A stretch of DNA of 64,000 nt from contig CM059433.1 in NCBI GenBank assembly GCA_030390025.1, positions 23,500,001-23,564,000 of the forward strand, given 5' to 3'. The stretch is from Squalus acanthias. Lineage: Eukaryota. This document shows, in pieces, positions 51,285 through 64,000 of this stretch. The notes beneath the pieces were generated by a model. The model saw nothing but the letters and a program-made list of their open reading frames with translations. It did not search any database and was not told where the DNA came from. The translations under genes and the position numbers were made by a program. Every line of letters starts with the position of its first letter. The stretch's first letter is position 1.

Positions 51285-51950
51285 GGCCAGAATTTTCTCA
51301 GTGCCGAGCGTGTGGGTTTGGGGGTGGGTCAGCAGAAAAAATCACGGCAATTGCCAGCATGTCAGGAACCCGCCATCATCCCGCTGACTTCCGCATTTAA
51401 CTCGGGCGCATTTCCCAGCGCGCCACGGACCTGCTCGGGAGAGGCGGTCGACCTCATTGAATGCTTGTTGAGAGACCCTTAAGAGGCTTTTTAACATCAG
51501 ATTTTGGCTGTAACTTCTTGTGCCAGGATTCACGCACCTCGGGAACCTCGCCTGTGAAGGGGAGGCGGAAGCTCAGTGGCCATTGTGCGAGTCCATTAAG
51601 CGACAGCTGGAAAAAACACATAAATACTCCCACATTACACCTACTTCCTTGCCTAATGGAAAGGCTCTTGCTAACTCCATTTTGTGCAGAGATTTAGCTG
51701 TCAGGAGTTTGCAGGTCATTTCAGCAACCTCGGAAGCCACTCTCACTACATTGCTAGTCACTATCACAACATTGAGGGATTGGGCCTCTGATCGCTACTT
51801 TACCTGCCATCTATTACATCGTTACATTACATTATTTTAATTGTGCCCATTAAGTTAAACGCACAGTGCAGAACGTGCTGTTAAAATCTTCGGGTTCCCG
51901 GTACGCAGCTCGCATGCACCCGACCCGACTCCAAGGTAAAGATTCCGGCC
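51285..51950. mobile_element. Harbinger-type MITE
   Basis: TIR GGCCAGAATTTT / AAGATTCCGGCC; TSD TGA. Confidence 0.85.
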
Positions 51951-52087
51951 TGAGTGTCTGAAGGTCTGTCTCATTAAATTGTTGTGCCTTTATTTCCTGC
52001 CTCTTTCCAATGTCCTGCTCTTTTTCTGAATGCCTCTGCAATGTGCCATAAAATCTCACATGAGCCATCTATTACAACTACCCAACA

Positions 52088-53915
52088 GTTAAAAAGTGGT
52101 GTTCCACAAGGATCGGTGCTGGGACGACTGCTGTTCACCATTTATATAAATGATTTGGATTTGGGAATCGGAAGAATAATTTCAAAATTTGCGGGTGACA
52201 CTTTGGGCGGCATAGTTAATACTCAGGAAGACTGCGACAAATACAAGAAGATGTTAACAAGCTTGCAGAATGGCCGTGTAAATGGCAACTGAATTCCGAT
52301 CTAGATTAGTGTGAGGTGGTACGTTTTGGTAGGAGGAATTAGGAGGCCCCCTACTCTTTGGAAAATAAGGGCGCGATCTTGCCAGCCCTGGGGAGGCGGG
52401 TTTGGAGGCCGGACTGCCGGGAATATGGCAGAATTTGGGGGCGGGTACCCATCCCGCCCCCAACTCGCCTCCGTGCCATCTTGCCAGGAGGCAGGTAGCC
52501 GACCCACGCCAAGTCCCGTCTCCTTGGAGGCGGGAAGGGGATTACAGCCACTTGACTGCCTGTTAACAGGCAGATAAGAGGATTATCCCCATTTTGCCCA
52601 CACAAGTGCGGGCTTCCCAAAGGCTGCGAACCCCGCCAGGGTCACCGAGGCGAGCAGTGAGTCTGCGGGGGTCGGAGGGGTGCAAAAGTGCGCTGTGAAG
52701 GTAAGTGATGGGTGCAAGTGTGGAGAGGTGAGTATGTGAGATAAGTGGAAAGTTTTAGAAAAAGTTTACTTACCTTTGTTTCTTCCTGCAGGCTTCAAGA
52801 GTTGGGTATGCAGAGAGTCTCGCACCTCCGCGGCAGAGATGACAGATGGCTGCTGCATTCTCCAATGCAACAACCATCTAATTTCTGCAAAACAAAGAGG
52901 TTTGATGAGTCTTGAATTCAAGAACTCATCAAACTACAGAAAATGTCAGTGTTTGACAGCTTCACAAAGATGACAATTCATCTGTCAAAAATTTTTGACA
53001 GATGAAACGTCATACGCTGACATTCTCTGTAATCGGCTTTCCCTTAATTGGCCTGCTAAGCCCGCTGGGTGGGCTTAACAAGGTCAATCAAGGGAAAATA
53101 GCGTGGGTTGGCCAGAAGTTGATGGAGGCGGGACTGAAAGCCGACAAGTGGGAGTCCCGCCTCCAAAAGCTCCCCATTGGCAAAATCCAGCACTAAGAGT
53201 CTAAATGGGGTAGAGGAGCAAAAGGATCTAGCGGTACAGATTCACAAATCATTGAAATGTAGCAACGCAGGTTAACAATGTCATAAAAATGCAAACCAAG
53301 CACTGGGGCTCATTTCTAGAGGAAGAGAATTCAAAAGTAGAGAAATTATGTTAAACTTATATAGAACCTTAGTTAGACCACACTTAGAATACTGTGCACA
53401 GTTCTGGTCTCCATATTACCAAAAAGATATAGAGGCACTGGAGAAGGTGCAAAAAGATTTACAAGGATGATACCAGAACTGAGAGGTTGTAACTATCAGG
53501 AAAGACTGAGCAAGTTGGGCCTCTTTTTACTAGAAAAGAGAAGACTGTGAGGTGACCTGATAGAGAGGTCTTTAAAATTATGAAGGGGTTCGATAGGGTA
53601 GACATAAAAAAGATGTTTCCACTGGTGGGGGAATCCAAAACTAGGGACCATAAATATAAGATAGTTACTAACAAATCTAATTGGGAATTCAGCAGAAACC
53701 TCTTTACCCAGAGAGTGGTGAGAATGTGGAACTCGCTACCACAGGGAGTGTTTGAGGCGAATAGTATAGATGCATTTAAGAGGAAGCTAGTTAAGTACAT
53801 GAGGGAGAAAGGAATAGAAGGATATGTTGATAGGGTAAAATGAAGTAAATAGAGTGGGAGGAGGCTCGTGTGGAGCATAAACACCAAGTGGCCTGCTTCG
53901 GTGCTGTAAATTCAT
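52088..53915 (+). mobile_element. CR1 fragment interrupted by a MITE
   Basis: SGVPQGSVLG; FTQRVVRMWNSLP; GAAAATAA|GAGTCT rejoins across the MITE. Confidence 0.88.
52369..53193. mobile_element. Harbinger-type MITE with internal palindromes
   Basis: Termini GGGCGCGATCTTGCC / GGCAAAATCCAGCAC; TSD TAA. Confidence 0.82.
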
Positions 53916-54319
53916 ACGGTTTAAGTAGAAGTACAATGGGATATGGAATTCCATGTATCTTCCACTTATATTTCACAGTGATGGCAATATATTATGTGAG
54001 GAACAGTATTATAGCAATTACAGCACGGAAAGAGGCCATTTGGACCATCGTACCTCTGCCAGTGCTAGCTCTTCAACAGGACATGTCAAATCTAATCCCA
54101 TTTTCCTGCTGTTATATTTATTGTATCTTTTTATGGTTTTCCTTTTTAAATACTTATCCAATTCTCCCTTAAAATGTTCTAATAAACCTACGTGTGAAAA
54201 ATAGTTCTCCCAGACCCAAACACTGAAAATGCCACAAGCCTTGTAACCCCATTTAGAAACAAGCCATTTTCAAAAATGTCCCCTTTCATTTGGTTGCTTT
54301 GGAATGGACATATGTGGAA

Positions 54320-56005
54320 TGTAGAATTCGCAATATATTCGCGATTTTATAAATAAGGAGGAAACACATAGTTTCGTACAAACAGCTTTATTTCAGCAAA
54401 ATGCTGTCAGGTTTTCAAAGTGGACACAAGCAGCCTGTAAAATGGCCGCCACGCCTCGTGGCAGAACATTCTAGACTTTTCGATAAGCAGACAAGATGGC
54501 GTTCCAATAAACATTTGTGCGAGATCGATCAAGACTCAGCACATTTGAGATAATACACAAGACATTATGGGTTTGCAGTATACACATAAATACTGAAATC
54601 GGTCTCCCAGGTGCGAATAAGGGCTATTGTACCAAGCGATCAAGAACCCATCCAAAGACATTAATATGCAAAATCCCCACGACTCTACGATGAGAGAGCC
54701 GTTTGCGGGTAGTTACAGAAAACATTTGGAAGCCCCAAAACCCCTCCAGGGAGAATACTGACCGGTTACACATTGGGAAAAGTATTAACAGGTACTCAGG
54801 CAGTTACAAGTATCACCGAAACCCATTAAACGGAGATCACCCTATACAAGAAGTTTGAGCGCCAAAACTCTGACAAAAGAAAAGACATTAAGATTGGGCG
54901 GGAAAAGAGGAGTTTCAGCACTATAACTGTAAACTACAACCGTCCATCTTTCTCTTATCCTCTTGACTCCTTGCCGCTTGCCTCATGTCTCTGCCTCTTG
55001 CAGCTCTTGCTGTTTGACTTGCTGAAAGACTATTGAACTTTCTGATCCGCCAGGATCAGCCTCGTGGCTTGCCGCGAAGATCTGTGTGGAACTGGGCTGT
55101 GAAGCCTTGAAGCGGGCACACCATCCCGAGAAGTCGGTAAACGGTGTTGGAACCGAAGGCCCGAGATGAGATGAGATGAGATGAGATGAGATGAGATGAG
55201 AAGAGAAGAAGACGACCATACGTATCGCCACGGTCAGTAAGCCCCGACCGCGCCTGTAGGTCGAATAGACACTTTCCTTGCCCAGGAAGACTATCTTTTG
55301 AGTTTTACAGAACTGGCATCGGAAGACTATTCTTCGAATTTTATCGCATCAGGGCGAGGGCACAGGAAGACTCTTTTTTTGAGTAGTGTCGGAACTCCAA
55401 GGACAACACAGATCTTCATGACAGCAGACGGTCCAGCCTGCTAGCCGGAGCAGAAACGAGTAAACAAGTGGGGTACAGAGACCCCTGAGCAACACGTGGG
55501 TGATCAGGTGCTGCGGTAAAAACATCCGAGCAGAGTTTTCGGAATTCTCCGAGTTATCACGAGTGGTGAGCATGAGTCTCGATCCTACAAATCTAGTTTA
55601 GAGCAGGTATTGATAGGGGAGGGTTTAAGTTTTAAGGATAACTGTAATGTGTGCCCCCATTTACGATGTGTCGTGCGCTCCTCGTTTCCCAAAAATTAGT
55701 TACATAACTGCGTGTAAGATTGTACTGTCATTAATCTGTGCTTATGACATGTATTTCGTAATCTTGAATAATATGCAATAAAGATTTTCCATTTCGCACT
55801 ATTCAACCGGGTCTACCTGAGTTTTCTCTGCATTATTGCTCTCGCACCGAAGTCCAGTGTCAGAACCGTAAGGACGAGTGGGTCGAACCACTCACAGGGA
55901 TCTAGTGTTACCAGGCTGGCTGGAGACCAGAACAGGCAACAAGGCCTAACCTCGCACTAGCACCCAGGCTAAGCACAGAGCCACACACGTGTCAAAACCC
56001 TTACA
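54320..56005 (+). mobile_element. Solo LTR, family 1 (1686 bp)
   Basis: TGT...ACA; TSD GGAA (54316-54319, 56006-56009); TATAA 54922; AATAAA 55777. Confidence 0.92.
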
Positions 56006-56139
56006 GGAACTAATAACTTTTTTAAATTAAAAATGAAAACAACCTCTTCCCCTCGAGTGCCATATAGTATATAAGTCTCTGTGACCTCCTCCTATTCTGT
56101 GACTGCCCTTATCCTTAAATCGATACAGATAGGATTATA

Positions 56140-56290
56140 AACGAAAGACTCCAGATGCTGGGAATCTGTAACAAAAGCAGAAAGTGCTGGAAACACCCAG
56201 CAGGTTATTCAACATCTCTGGAGAGGACAGGCAAGTGATCGTTTCAGGTATGGGCCTTTCATCAGGTTCATGCCTGAAATGTTAACTTGT
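56140..56290 (-). mobile_element. Degraded Penelope terminal fragment with hammerhead-like core
   Basis: Minus strand CTGATGAAAGGCCCATACCTGAAACG (56265-56240) followed by the PLE tail. Confidence 0.6.
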
Positions 56291-56479
56291 TACAGATAGA
56301 ATTATGTTGGCTGATTGAGCCCTGAAAAATGTATCTATTGATGAATACTACATTTGCAGTGTATTCCCAAAATGTTGTTGTTAAAGTATGCTTTGAACAA
56401 AGACAGGTAACTTTATAAAACAAAAGTTCATACAGCACAGACAGAGGCCATTCAGCCCATTGTGTCTATGCAGGCTCTT

Positions 56480-59110
56480 TGAAAGAACATAGGAACAGGA
56501 AGGAGTAGGCCATTCAGCCTCTCGAGCCTGTTCCGCTATTCAGTGAGATCATGGCTGATCTGCACCTTAACTCCATTCACCTCTCTTGGCTCCATATCCT
56601 TTTATAACCTTGTCTAGCAAAAATCTATCAATCTCAGATTTAAAATTATTAATTGAGCTAGCATTGACTGCTTTTTGTGGGAGACAGTTCTATACTTCTA
56701 CCACCCTTTGTGTGAAGAAGTGTTTCCTAACTTCTCTCCTGAATGGCCTGACTATGATTTTAAGGTTATGTCCCCTTGTCCTACACTCCCTAACCAGCAG
56801 AAAACGTTTCTCTTTATCTACCATATCAATTCCTTTCAAAATCTTAAAAACCTCAATCAAATCACCCCCGAGCCTTCTATATTCCAGGGAATAAAAGCCT
56901 AGTTTATGACATCTGTCTTCATAATCTAACTCTTGGAGCCCAGGTAACATTCTGGTAAATCTGCGCTGCATGCCTTCCAAGGCCAATACAACTTTTCTAA
57001 GGTGCAGTGCCCAGAACTGTACATAGTGCTCCAGATGTGGTCTAACCAGGGCTTTGTATAGTTGCAGCAAAACTTCCTTCCCTGTAAGGTTTCCAAAATT
57101 TGCAGATCCCCAAAAACCTAAGGAAAAAAAGGACTTTGGAACTACCTCAGAGTGATAATATTGCATTTGGGCCTAACCTAAGAGACTACAAGACCAAAAA
57201 CCAAGTTTTGGCATTTTAAAACTATGTCTGGGCCTGTAAAGGGAGAAAAGGCTTTGAAGGAAGGTGGGTTCAACCTCTGTAAAAGCAGTTTTGGTTATTG
57301 CAGTTAATTGCACTGTCTGAGGAACCGGGATGACCCTACTCAAGCCCCAGCAAGCATTAACATTTTGACAATAGACCCTGGGAGAAGACAGTCCCACCCA
57401 AAATAACAGGCCCCATCAAACTGATTACAGGGCCCCATCAGAAAGCATGCATAATACAAATCACTCAGGACCATTCTATAGAAAAGACCGAGTCCAGCCT
57501 AGAAACCCAAAACACAAAACCAATCACCGGTGATCAGCCAAGGAGATCGACAGGATGCAAACCATCCCAAAACCCATCTGACACTTACAGAGCAGTTACT
57601 GGTAACAGGCCCACCAAAATTCAGACAATGAACTGAGTAGATTTGGCGGGTAGATAAGGCCATGTTCAATGGGTGAGATTGAAGGCCTGTTAAAAACCCA
57701 GTTAACGCGCTAGTAAGTCGTTACCGATTTACGAGCCCGCCAAAAAACAGACAATGAACTGAGTAGATTTGGCGGGTAGATAAGGCCATTTCAATTTAGT
57801 ATAATTGAAGGCCCGTTAAGCAGTTCAAAGTCAGTCAGTCGCAACCGGTGGTTATCAGAAGAAGAAACCAGGAAGAAGGCAAACCGAGCTGGAAGCGAGT
57901 CGGCATCGCTCACCACTCAGACACACCTGAGTCCAGCCCGTGAAGATACCACCTCGACGGACCTCCACCAACGGTCCCAACACTTTCACCCGGAGCAACA
58001 AGCAGCAAGAAGACATCGACGGCTCCACAAGGTCGACCGACACACTAGACAAGGCCTAAAGCCATCGCGGAAACCAAAGGCCTCACGAAACCAACGACTG
58101 CACATTACCCCCAACTGACCGGGTAATAGCAGGCCACCGCGACCAACAAAGACCAACTCAAGGAAAGAAAACCCGAAGAACCGCAAAGTTTCCACACTAC
58201 AAACTACTCCTGACTTACCCCTGGGTAAGATTTCTACCAAAAGACTCTAAACCCTACTCCTAACCAAAGGAAATTGAGTACTCACCTGACATATCCAAAA
58301 CGCACCCTACCGCATCAGCGGACTCGCGAAGACTGACCAGAGACGCAGGTGAAGTCCTCTACCGCGTACGGGGTACGGCAGACACTAACCGCCATAAACA
58401 GTGAATCCCAAAACCGCGATTTAGCCCAACTGTAAAAGGATTGGTGAGCATTATCCCTGGTCCTTCAAAACCTAACTTAGCTAGTAAAGTGGGGTTGGGA
58501 GGGGTGATGTATTGGTCTACTGTCATTTCCCTCGCTTGTACCAAAGTGTTCCCCACCTCTAGAGTGATAAGAGTGTTATTATTTGTGTCTTACCTTTTAA
58601 TAAAGATTGAAGTTCTTTCATCAAACTCAGTTGTCTGCTGCACCTTTGTATCACAACCCCCAAATAAGTCCAAGGTCTAGAACCAAGGGAGTGGGAGCGA
58701 TTCGAACCGCTCAGAAGTCAGAGGTGAAGCTGACACAAACCACCACCCCCCACATCCCTTTATAGTCTAGCTCTCTATTTATAGAGGCTAACATGCCATT
58801 AGCTTTTTTGATGCTTTTTTCTACCTGACTACTACATATTTGTGATGTGTGTACATGGACCCCTAAATCTCTTCCGATCTCCACTGTTCCTAGCTTTCAC
58901 CATTTAAATAATATTCGGGTATATCCTTTATTGGTCCAAATTGGATGACTTCACAGTTGCCTGTGTTGAAATCCATCTGCCGCAGTTCCGCCCACTCACT
59001 TACTCTATCAATGTCAATTTGTAATTTTGTGCTCCTGTCTACACTGCTTACTATACCAACAATCTTTGTGTCATCGGCAAACTTGGATATATGGCTCTCT
59101 ATTGTGTTAT
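56480..59110 (-). mobile_element. CR1 fragment interrupted by the family-2 LTR
   Basis: ORF 56690-57166 LYKALVRPHLE..GGDLIEVFK; sequence resumes at 58755; KFADD on minus strand near 59070-59085. Confidence 0.88.
57083..58754 (+). mobile_element. Solo LTR, family 2 (1672 bp)
   Basis: TGT...ACA; TSD TCCC (57079-57082, 58755-58758); TATAA 57800; AATAAA 58599; homolog at 62779. Confidence 0.92.
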
Positions 59111-59430
59111 CATAGAATCATAGAAGTTTAGGCACAGAAGAAGGTCATTCGGCCCATCATGTCTGTGCTGGCCGAAAAAAGCTACCCAGCCTAATCCCAC
59201 TTTCCAGCTCTTGGTCCGTAGCCCTGTAGGTTACAGCACTTCAAGTGCATATCCAAGCATTTTTAAATGCAATGAGGGTTTCTGCCTCTACCACCCTTTC
59301 AGGCAATGAGTTCAAGACCCCCACCACCCTCTGGGTGAAAAACTTTCTCCTCAACTCCCCTCTAATCCTTCTGCCAATTACTTTAAATCTATGCCCTCTG
59401 GTTATTGACCTCTCTGCTAAGGGAAATAGG
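59111..59430 (-). mobile_element. CR1 3' fragment
   Basis: CATAGAATCATAGAAG tail; similar to 19517-19850. Confidence 0.85.
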
Positions 59431-60800
59431 TCAACCCGCGCCAGTTCAGAGGAATGCAGGCAGCGCGCGAACTTTGTGCTGCCTGCTCATTTCCATGATT
59501 GCGACGTTCAGCTGAACACTCAGCAGGGGGTCCAAGTTCGTGCAAGACTAGCACTAATTAAAGCTAGTTTGCACTACTTAAAGGCAGTCTGCGCCTCTTA
59601 AAGGGGAGGTGCATTCTGCCTGCAGCAGCTCATTGAACTGGCTTTGTGCGTAGGGACAACAACTAACGATGGCACCACAGGGGCGAGAGCATGGACAAAG
59701 GTTCTTGGATGCACCACTGGAGGCCTTGGTGCAGGAAGTGGATAGGAGGAGTGAGGTCTTGTTTCGACAGGGGGCCTGGAGGCCCTCCATGCAAAATCTC
59801 AAACTGGCAATGGGAGCAGAACGTCATAGCTGTCAATGCCAGTGGTGTAGCCCGAGGTCCTGGCTGCAGTGTAAGAAGAGGTTTAATGACCTCACACAAG
59901 TGGTCAAGGTCAGTGAATTCATCTTCAAATGCCATATCCCACCATCTGCATCACTAGCCTCACACACTGCTCAATGCACCACACCCACGTCACTAACCTA
60001 CCAACAGCTCATACCTCACATTCATAGCTTCACCTCACCCTCACACAATTACCTCACACCCACATCTCACAGCTTGCACACACTGTCAGCTATTCAACCA
60101 TGACAGGCACATCACCCAAATACATTGCATCACATTCAGTGACACACTTCCTTTCTCTTGCTGAACAAGGAGCCAGCAGGGTCTACCCAAAGGGGCACAG
60201 GCACGCCTGCATAATCTTACCCCCATGGAGGAAACGGTGCTGGTCATTCTTGGGAGGGCAATTGCTGAGCCCATGGCCAGCAGTAGGGCTGAAGCAATCC
60301 AACATGATGGTATCGTCATACCTAATACTCCTTCTCACATCCCACTTCCCCCTCATCCCACAATCTCTTCTGAATTACAAGCTGCACATGGGGTAAGCAT
60401 GCACCTCTTGCTTCCCACCCACCCCACCCCCCTCCCCTCACCACATACCTACCCTTGTGCCTTTCTCATTTCAGAGACCCAGGAAATCCAACCTGCCCAG
60501 CCAGTGGTACAACAGGAAGAGGAAGAGGAGAGTGATGATGAAGAAGAAACACTGTCACTCGATCTGACAGTCGCAGCCACCAGCTCAGATACTGGCACTA
60601 CGCGGACTTTAGAGGGTAGCTTAGAGGCGGGATCGGCACATGGTGAGTCACCAGGCTTGAGTGGGCTGTAGCCACGGCGGGGGAAAGGATAGCACAGGTG
60701 CCAGCTCCCCAGAGGGCAAGGTCGCACACGAGTTCTGCTGCAGAGGACTTAGAGGAGGACTTTGATGCTCAGACTTCTGTCATACAAGCTCAGACTGGCA
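59431..60800 (+). mobile_element. Harbinger fragment E carrying the spliced Myb/SANT gene (5' part)
   Basis: MAPQGREHGQRFLDAPLEALVQEV..WLQCKKRFNDL; inverted homolog of ~49770-51000. Confidence 0.85.
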
Positions 60801-60804
60801 CCCA

Positions 60805-61250
60805 GAGGGGGAAATTGGACCTCATTTTGCCCGTTTCTCAGGCACAAAATAGCCCTGTGAAATTGGACCTTTTGCCCCATGTCCCATACAGAAACACATT
60901 TGACAGCATGTTGACTCAGGCAATATTCAGACACCCCTGGTGGACATCTTAAACAGGCATTACGCACCTTGCATATATTAATAAGGGGCCTAACATCTGT
61001 TTAAGAACCTCAATCTGAAATTGGTCAAAAATTAGATGGAGTCTGTGCTGCGCAAGCTCTGACTAATTTTGCTGGGTCTACTGTGGACTAACCAGTGGTA
61101 CTTGAAGGGACCGCTTGTGGCTGCTGACGACAAGGTAAGTAAACCTTATTACACTTATCTTAATGTGGAGCCAGGAGGAACACAGCAATCTTGTGGGCCT
61201 TTGCCAGCCAGCACTGGTGCCTCTCCTGTTCACTTCTCCCACCTCCCACT
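60805..61250. mobile_element. Harbinger-type MITE fragment (family of 4930 and 44986)
   Basis: GGGGGAAATTGG start; shared internal blocks AACAGGCATT and TGTGGAGCCAGGAGGA. Confidence 0.6.
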
Positions 61251-61409
61251 TGACTAAGGTGACCTGACTCAGCAAAGAGCAGGAATTGAACCTAGGACCT
61301 TCTGGCCAATGTGGTTTATTTATAAGTTGGTTTTACCACATGAGCCTTAGTGGGAACTAGGTCTCTTTTTTAACTGTTTACCTGAACTTAAATGAAACAG
61401 AACACAAGG

Positions 61410-61566
61410 GACCTCAAAAGGGAATTGGATGTATATTTGAAAAGGAAAAATGAGCAGGGCTATGGGGAAAGAGCGGGGGAGTGGGACTAATTGGAGAGCT
61501 CTTTCAAAGAGCTGGCACAGGTACGATGGGACTAATGGCCTCCTTCTGTGCTGTATCATTCTATGA
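61410..61566 (+). mobile_element. CR1 3' tail fragment
   Basis: Matches 17995-18120 and the CATTCTATG tail. Confidence 0.8.
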
Positions 61567-62778
61567 AAAAAAGAATGAATCAAGCAAGGATAATCCAGTG
61601 TCTAGGAGCAAGGTTTTCTGAGGCTGATATACTCGTAAGTTATGGACATTTTCTAGAACCCATCAAACCTGTTTCTTTTCTCTTGGTATTGTTTCTGTCA
61701 ACATAAGCAATATGACTCAGCACAGAGTTTAGAGTTTTAGACTAATGACTAAGTTGTCCCTAATGATGCGAAATGTGCTTTGTGCTTCCCCCACCAACCC
61801 CCGAATTGTGCATATCAAAATGGTAAAACAATTAATTTGTAATTAGATCGTGATTGTTGTGGCTACAATGGAATGAGAAAAGCATCAGTGCCAGCATGTG
61901 GAATTAGGATACTCTGTTGAATTTGAAAATTCTAATTTCCCTTATTCCCAGCTTTGCGATATATGGATGGCAAACATCAAGAGCTCTCTATTAATAATGA
62001 GCAACACTGTAAAGCTTTGCCTAATTAGGGTTTGATTACATGTAAATGTCAAATTCTTTGTGGGATCCTGCCACCGAATTTGTGACTGATGTTGCCTTCA
62101 CCAGCACATCAGAAATTGAAAACTTAGTGCCAAATAATTAGGGGCAGTTTTCTGATGCCAGCCAATGGCCAACTGGGAACATCAGTCGCCGTCATCTTGG
62201 TTAGATACAAACTCGGATTCCAGAGGTGAAAGGCCGTGTTTATTTGACTGTGCCACCCAATCCTCCCACATCTTTCATTTATATTGATTTTTTTATTTAG
62301 CTATATCTTTTCCTCATCATACCGGAGGGAGAAAGCTAAAGCTTCTCAAGCTCTTACAGAATTTCCACACTCTTGAGTGTGCAGGGAAAACTCTATTCAT
62401 CCCAATCGATCCCAGCTCTCACCAGTTCCAGTTTCTTTTTTGAACTTCTCCTCATCCTTATCAGCATATATTCATTTTCAACAGATTGACTTGAGAAGTC
62501 AAACTAAAAATGAATGCTTTATTCTAAATTACTTCTGCATTTTGAAACAATGCAAATAAGTCCCCTTTCTCTTCTTTCTCTGTATTACTCCAATCGCCTG
62601 TAGGATCTCATTGTGGCTTATTCACCAACAAATACACAATCATTTCTGCTTGTACAATGTAAATGCACTTGAGCAAATTTGAAGTAAAAGGAATCTGATA
62701 TATTATTCAATGGTCATAAAGATTTTCATTCCTGAGATACTCGGCAGAATTCATTCAAACTTTCCTATGTAACAACTC

Positions 62779-64000
62779 TGTAAGGTTTCCAAAATTTGCA
62801 GATACCCAAAAACCTAAGGAAAAAGGACTTTGGAACTACCTCAGAGTGATAAAAATGCATTTGGGCCTAACCTAAGGAATTTAAGACCAAAAACCAAGTT
62901 TTGGCATTTTAAAAACATGCCTGGGCCTGTAAAGGGACAAGGAGGTGGGTACGACCTCTGTAAAAGCAGTTTGGCTATTGCAGTTAATTACACTGTCTGG
63001 GGAACCGGGATGACCCCACTCAAACCCCAGCAGACATTAACATTTGAACAATAGACCCTGGGAGAAGACAGTCCCGCCCAAAATAACAGGCCCCATCAAA
63101 ACCGATTACAGGGCCCATCAGAAACATGCATAATAAAACCCACTCGGACCCATTCTATAGAAAGACCGAGTCCAGCCTAGAAAACCAAACCCGAAATCAA
63201 TCACCAATGATCAACCAAGGAGATCGACAGGATGCAAGCCATCCCAAAAGCCATTTGACACTTACAGAGCAGTTACTGGTAACAGGCCCGCCAAAATAAG
63301 ACAATGAACTGAGCAGATTTGGCGGGTAGATAAGGCCATGTTCAATGGGTGAGATTGAAGGCCTGTTAAAAACCAGTTAACACGCTAGTAAGTCGTTACC
63401 GATTAACGAGCCCGTCAAAACCAGACAATGAATTGAGCAGATTTGGCGGGTAGATAAGGCCACTTCAATTCAGTATAATTGAAGGCCCGTTAAGCAGTTC
63501 AAGGCAGAAGAAGAAGAAGAAGAAAGGAAGAAGACAAGCCGAGCTGGAAGCGAGTCGGCATCGCTCACCACTCAGACACACCTGAGTCCAGCTCGTGAAG
63601 ACACCACCTCGACGGACCTCCAACAACGGTCCCAACACAGGCACCCGGAGCAACAAGCAGCAGCAAGTCACCGACGGCTCCACGAGGTCGACCGACACAC
63701 TAGACAAGGCCTAAAACCATCGCGGAAACCGAAGGCCTCAAGAAACCAACAACCTCATATCACCCCCAACTGACCGGGTAATAGCAGGCCACCGCGACCA
63801 ACAAAGACCAACTAAAGGGAAGAAAAACCCGAAGAACCGCAAAGTTTCCACTCTACAATCTACTTCTGACTTACCCCTGGGTAAGATTTTCCCAAAGACT
63901 CTAAACCCTAATGCTAACCAAAAGAAATTGAGTACTCACCAGATAAATCCAAAACGACATCCTACCGCATCAGCGGACTTGCGAAGACTGACCAGATACG
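62779..64000 (+). mobile_element. LTR, family 2, second copy (truncated by window end)
   Basis: Starts TGTAAGGTTTCCAAAATTTGCAG; collinear with 57083-58345. Confidence 0.9.

Noticed and set aside
29350..56005. One giant element with 1.7-kb terminal inverted repeats
   Set aside because: Each copy has a separate, different 4-bp TSD (CACC versus GGAA)
57623..57790. CRISPR-like repeat-spacer array
   Set aside because: Only two units, inside an LTR, in vertebrate-type DNA
57083..64000. Full provirus bounded by the two family-2 LTRs
   Set aside because: The first LTR has its own TSD on both sides, and the spacer holds CR1/Harbinger fragments with no gag/pol or PBS

Overview
Repeat-dense eukaryotic DNA with no confidently identifiable host gene. 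The repeat mix (abundant CR1 LINEs, Deu-domain SacSINE1-like SINEs, RTE and L2 LINEs, Penelope 3' ends, many PIF/Harbinger elements) suggests a cartilaginous fish (shark/ray) intron or intergenic region; this assignment is an inference. Contents: five Harbinger elements carrying decayed DDE transposase and/or spliced Myb/SANT partner genes, two Myb-side derivatives and about ten Harbinger-type MITEs (several with 3-bp TSDs); a near full-length CR1 ORF2; a CR1 with 5'UTR and ORF1 but a deleted endonuclease; an RTE LINE; four Penelope terminal fragments carrying minimal hammerhead-ribozyme motifs; and four large (~1.67 kb) LTR copies of two families (three complete solo LTRs with 4-bp TSDs, one running off the window). 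The two LTR families share a long-R, splice-donor-before-polyA layout. All family names come from recognising motifs by eye, not from database searches.
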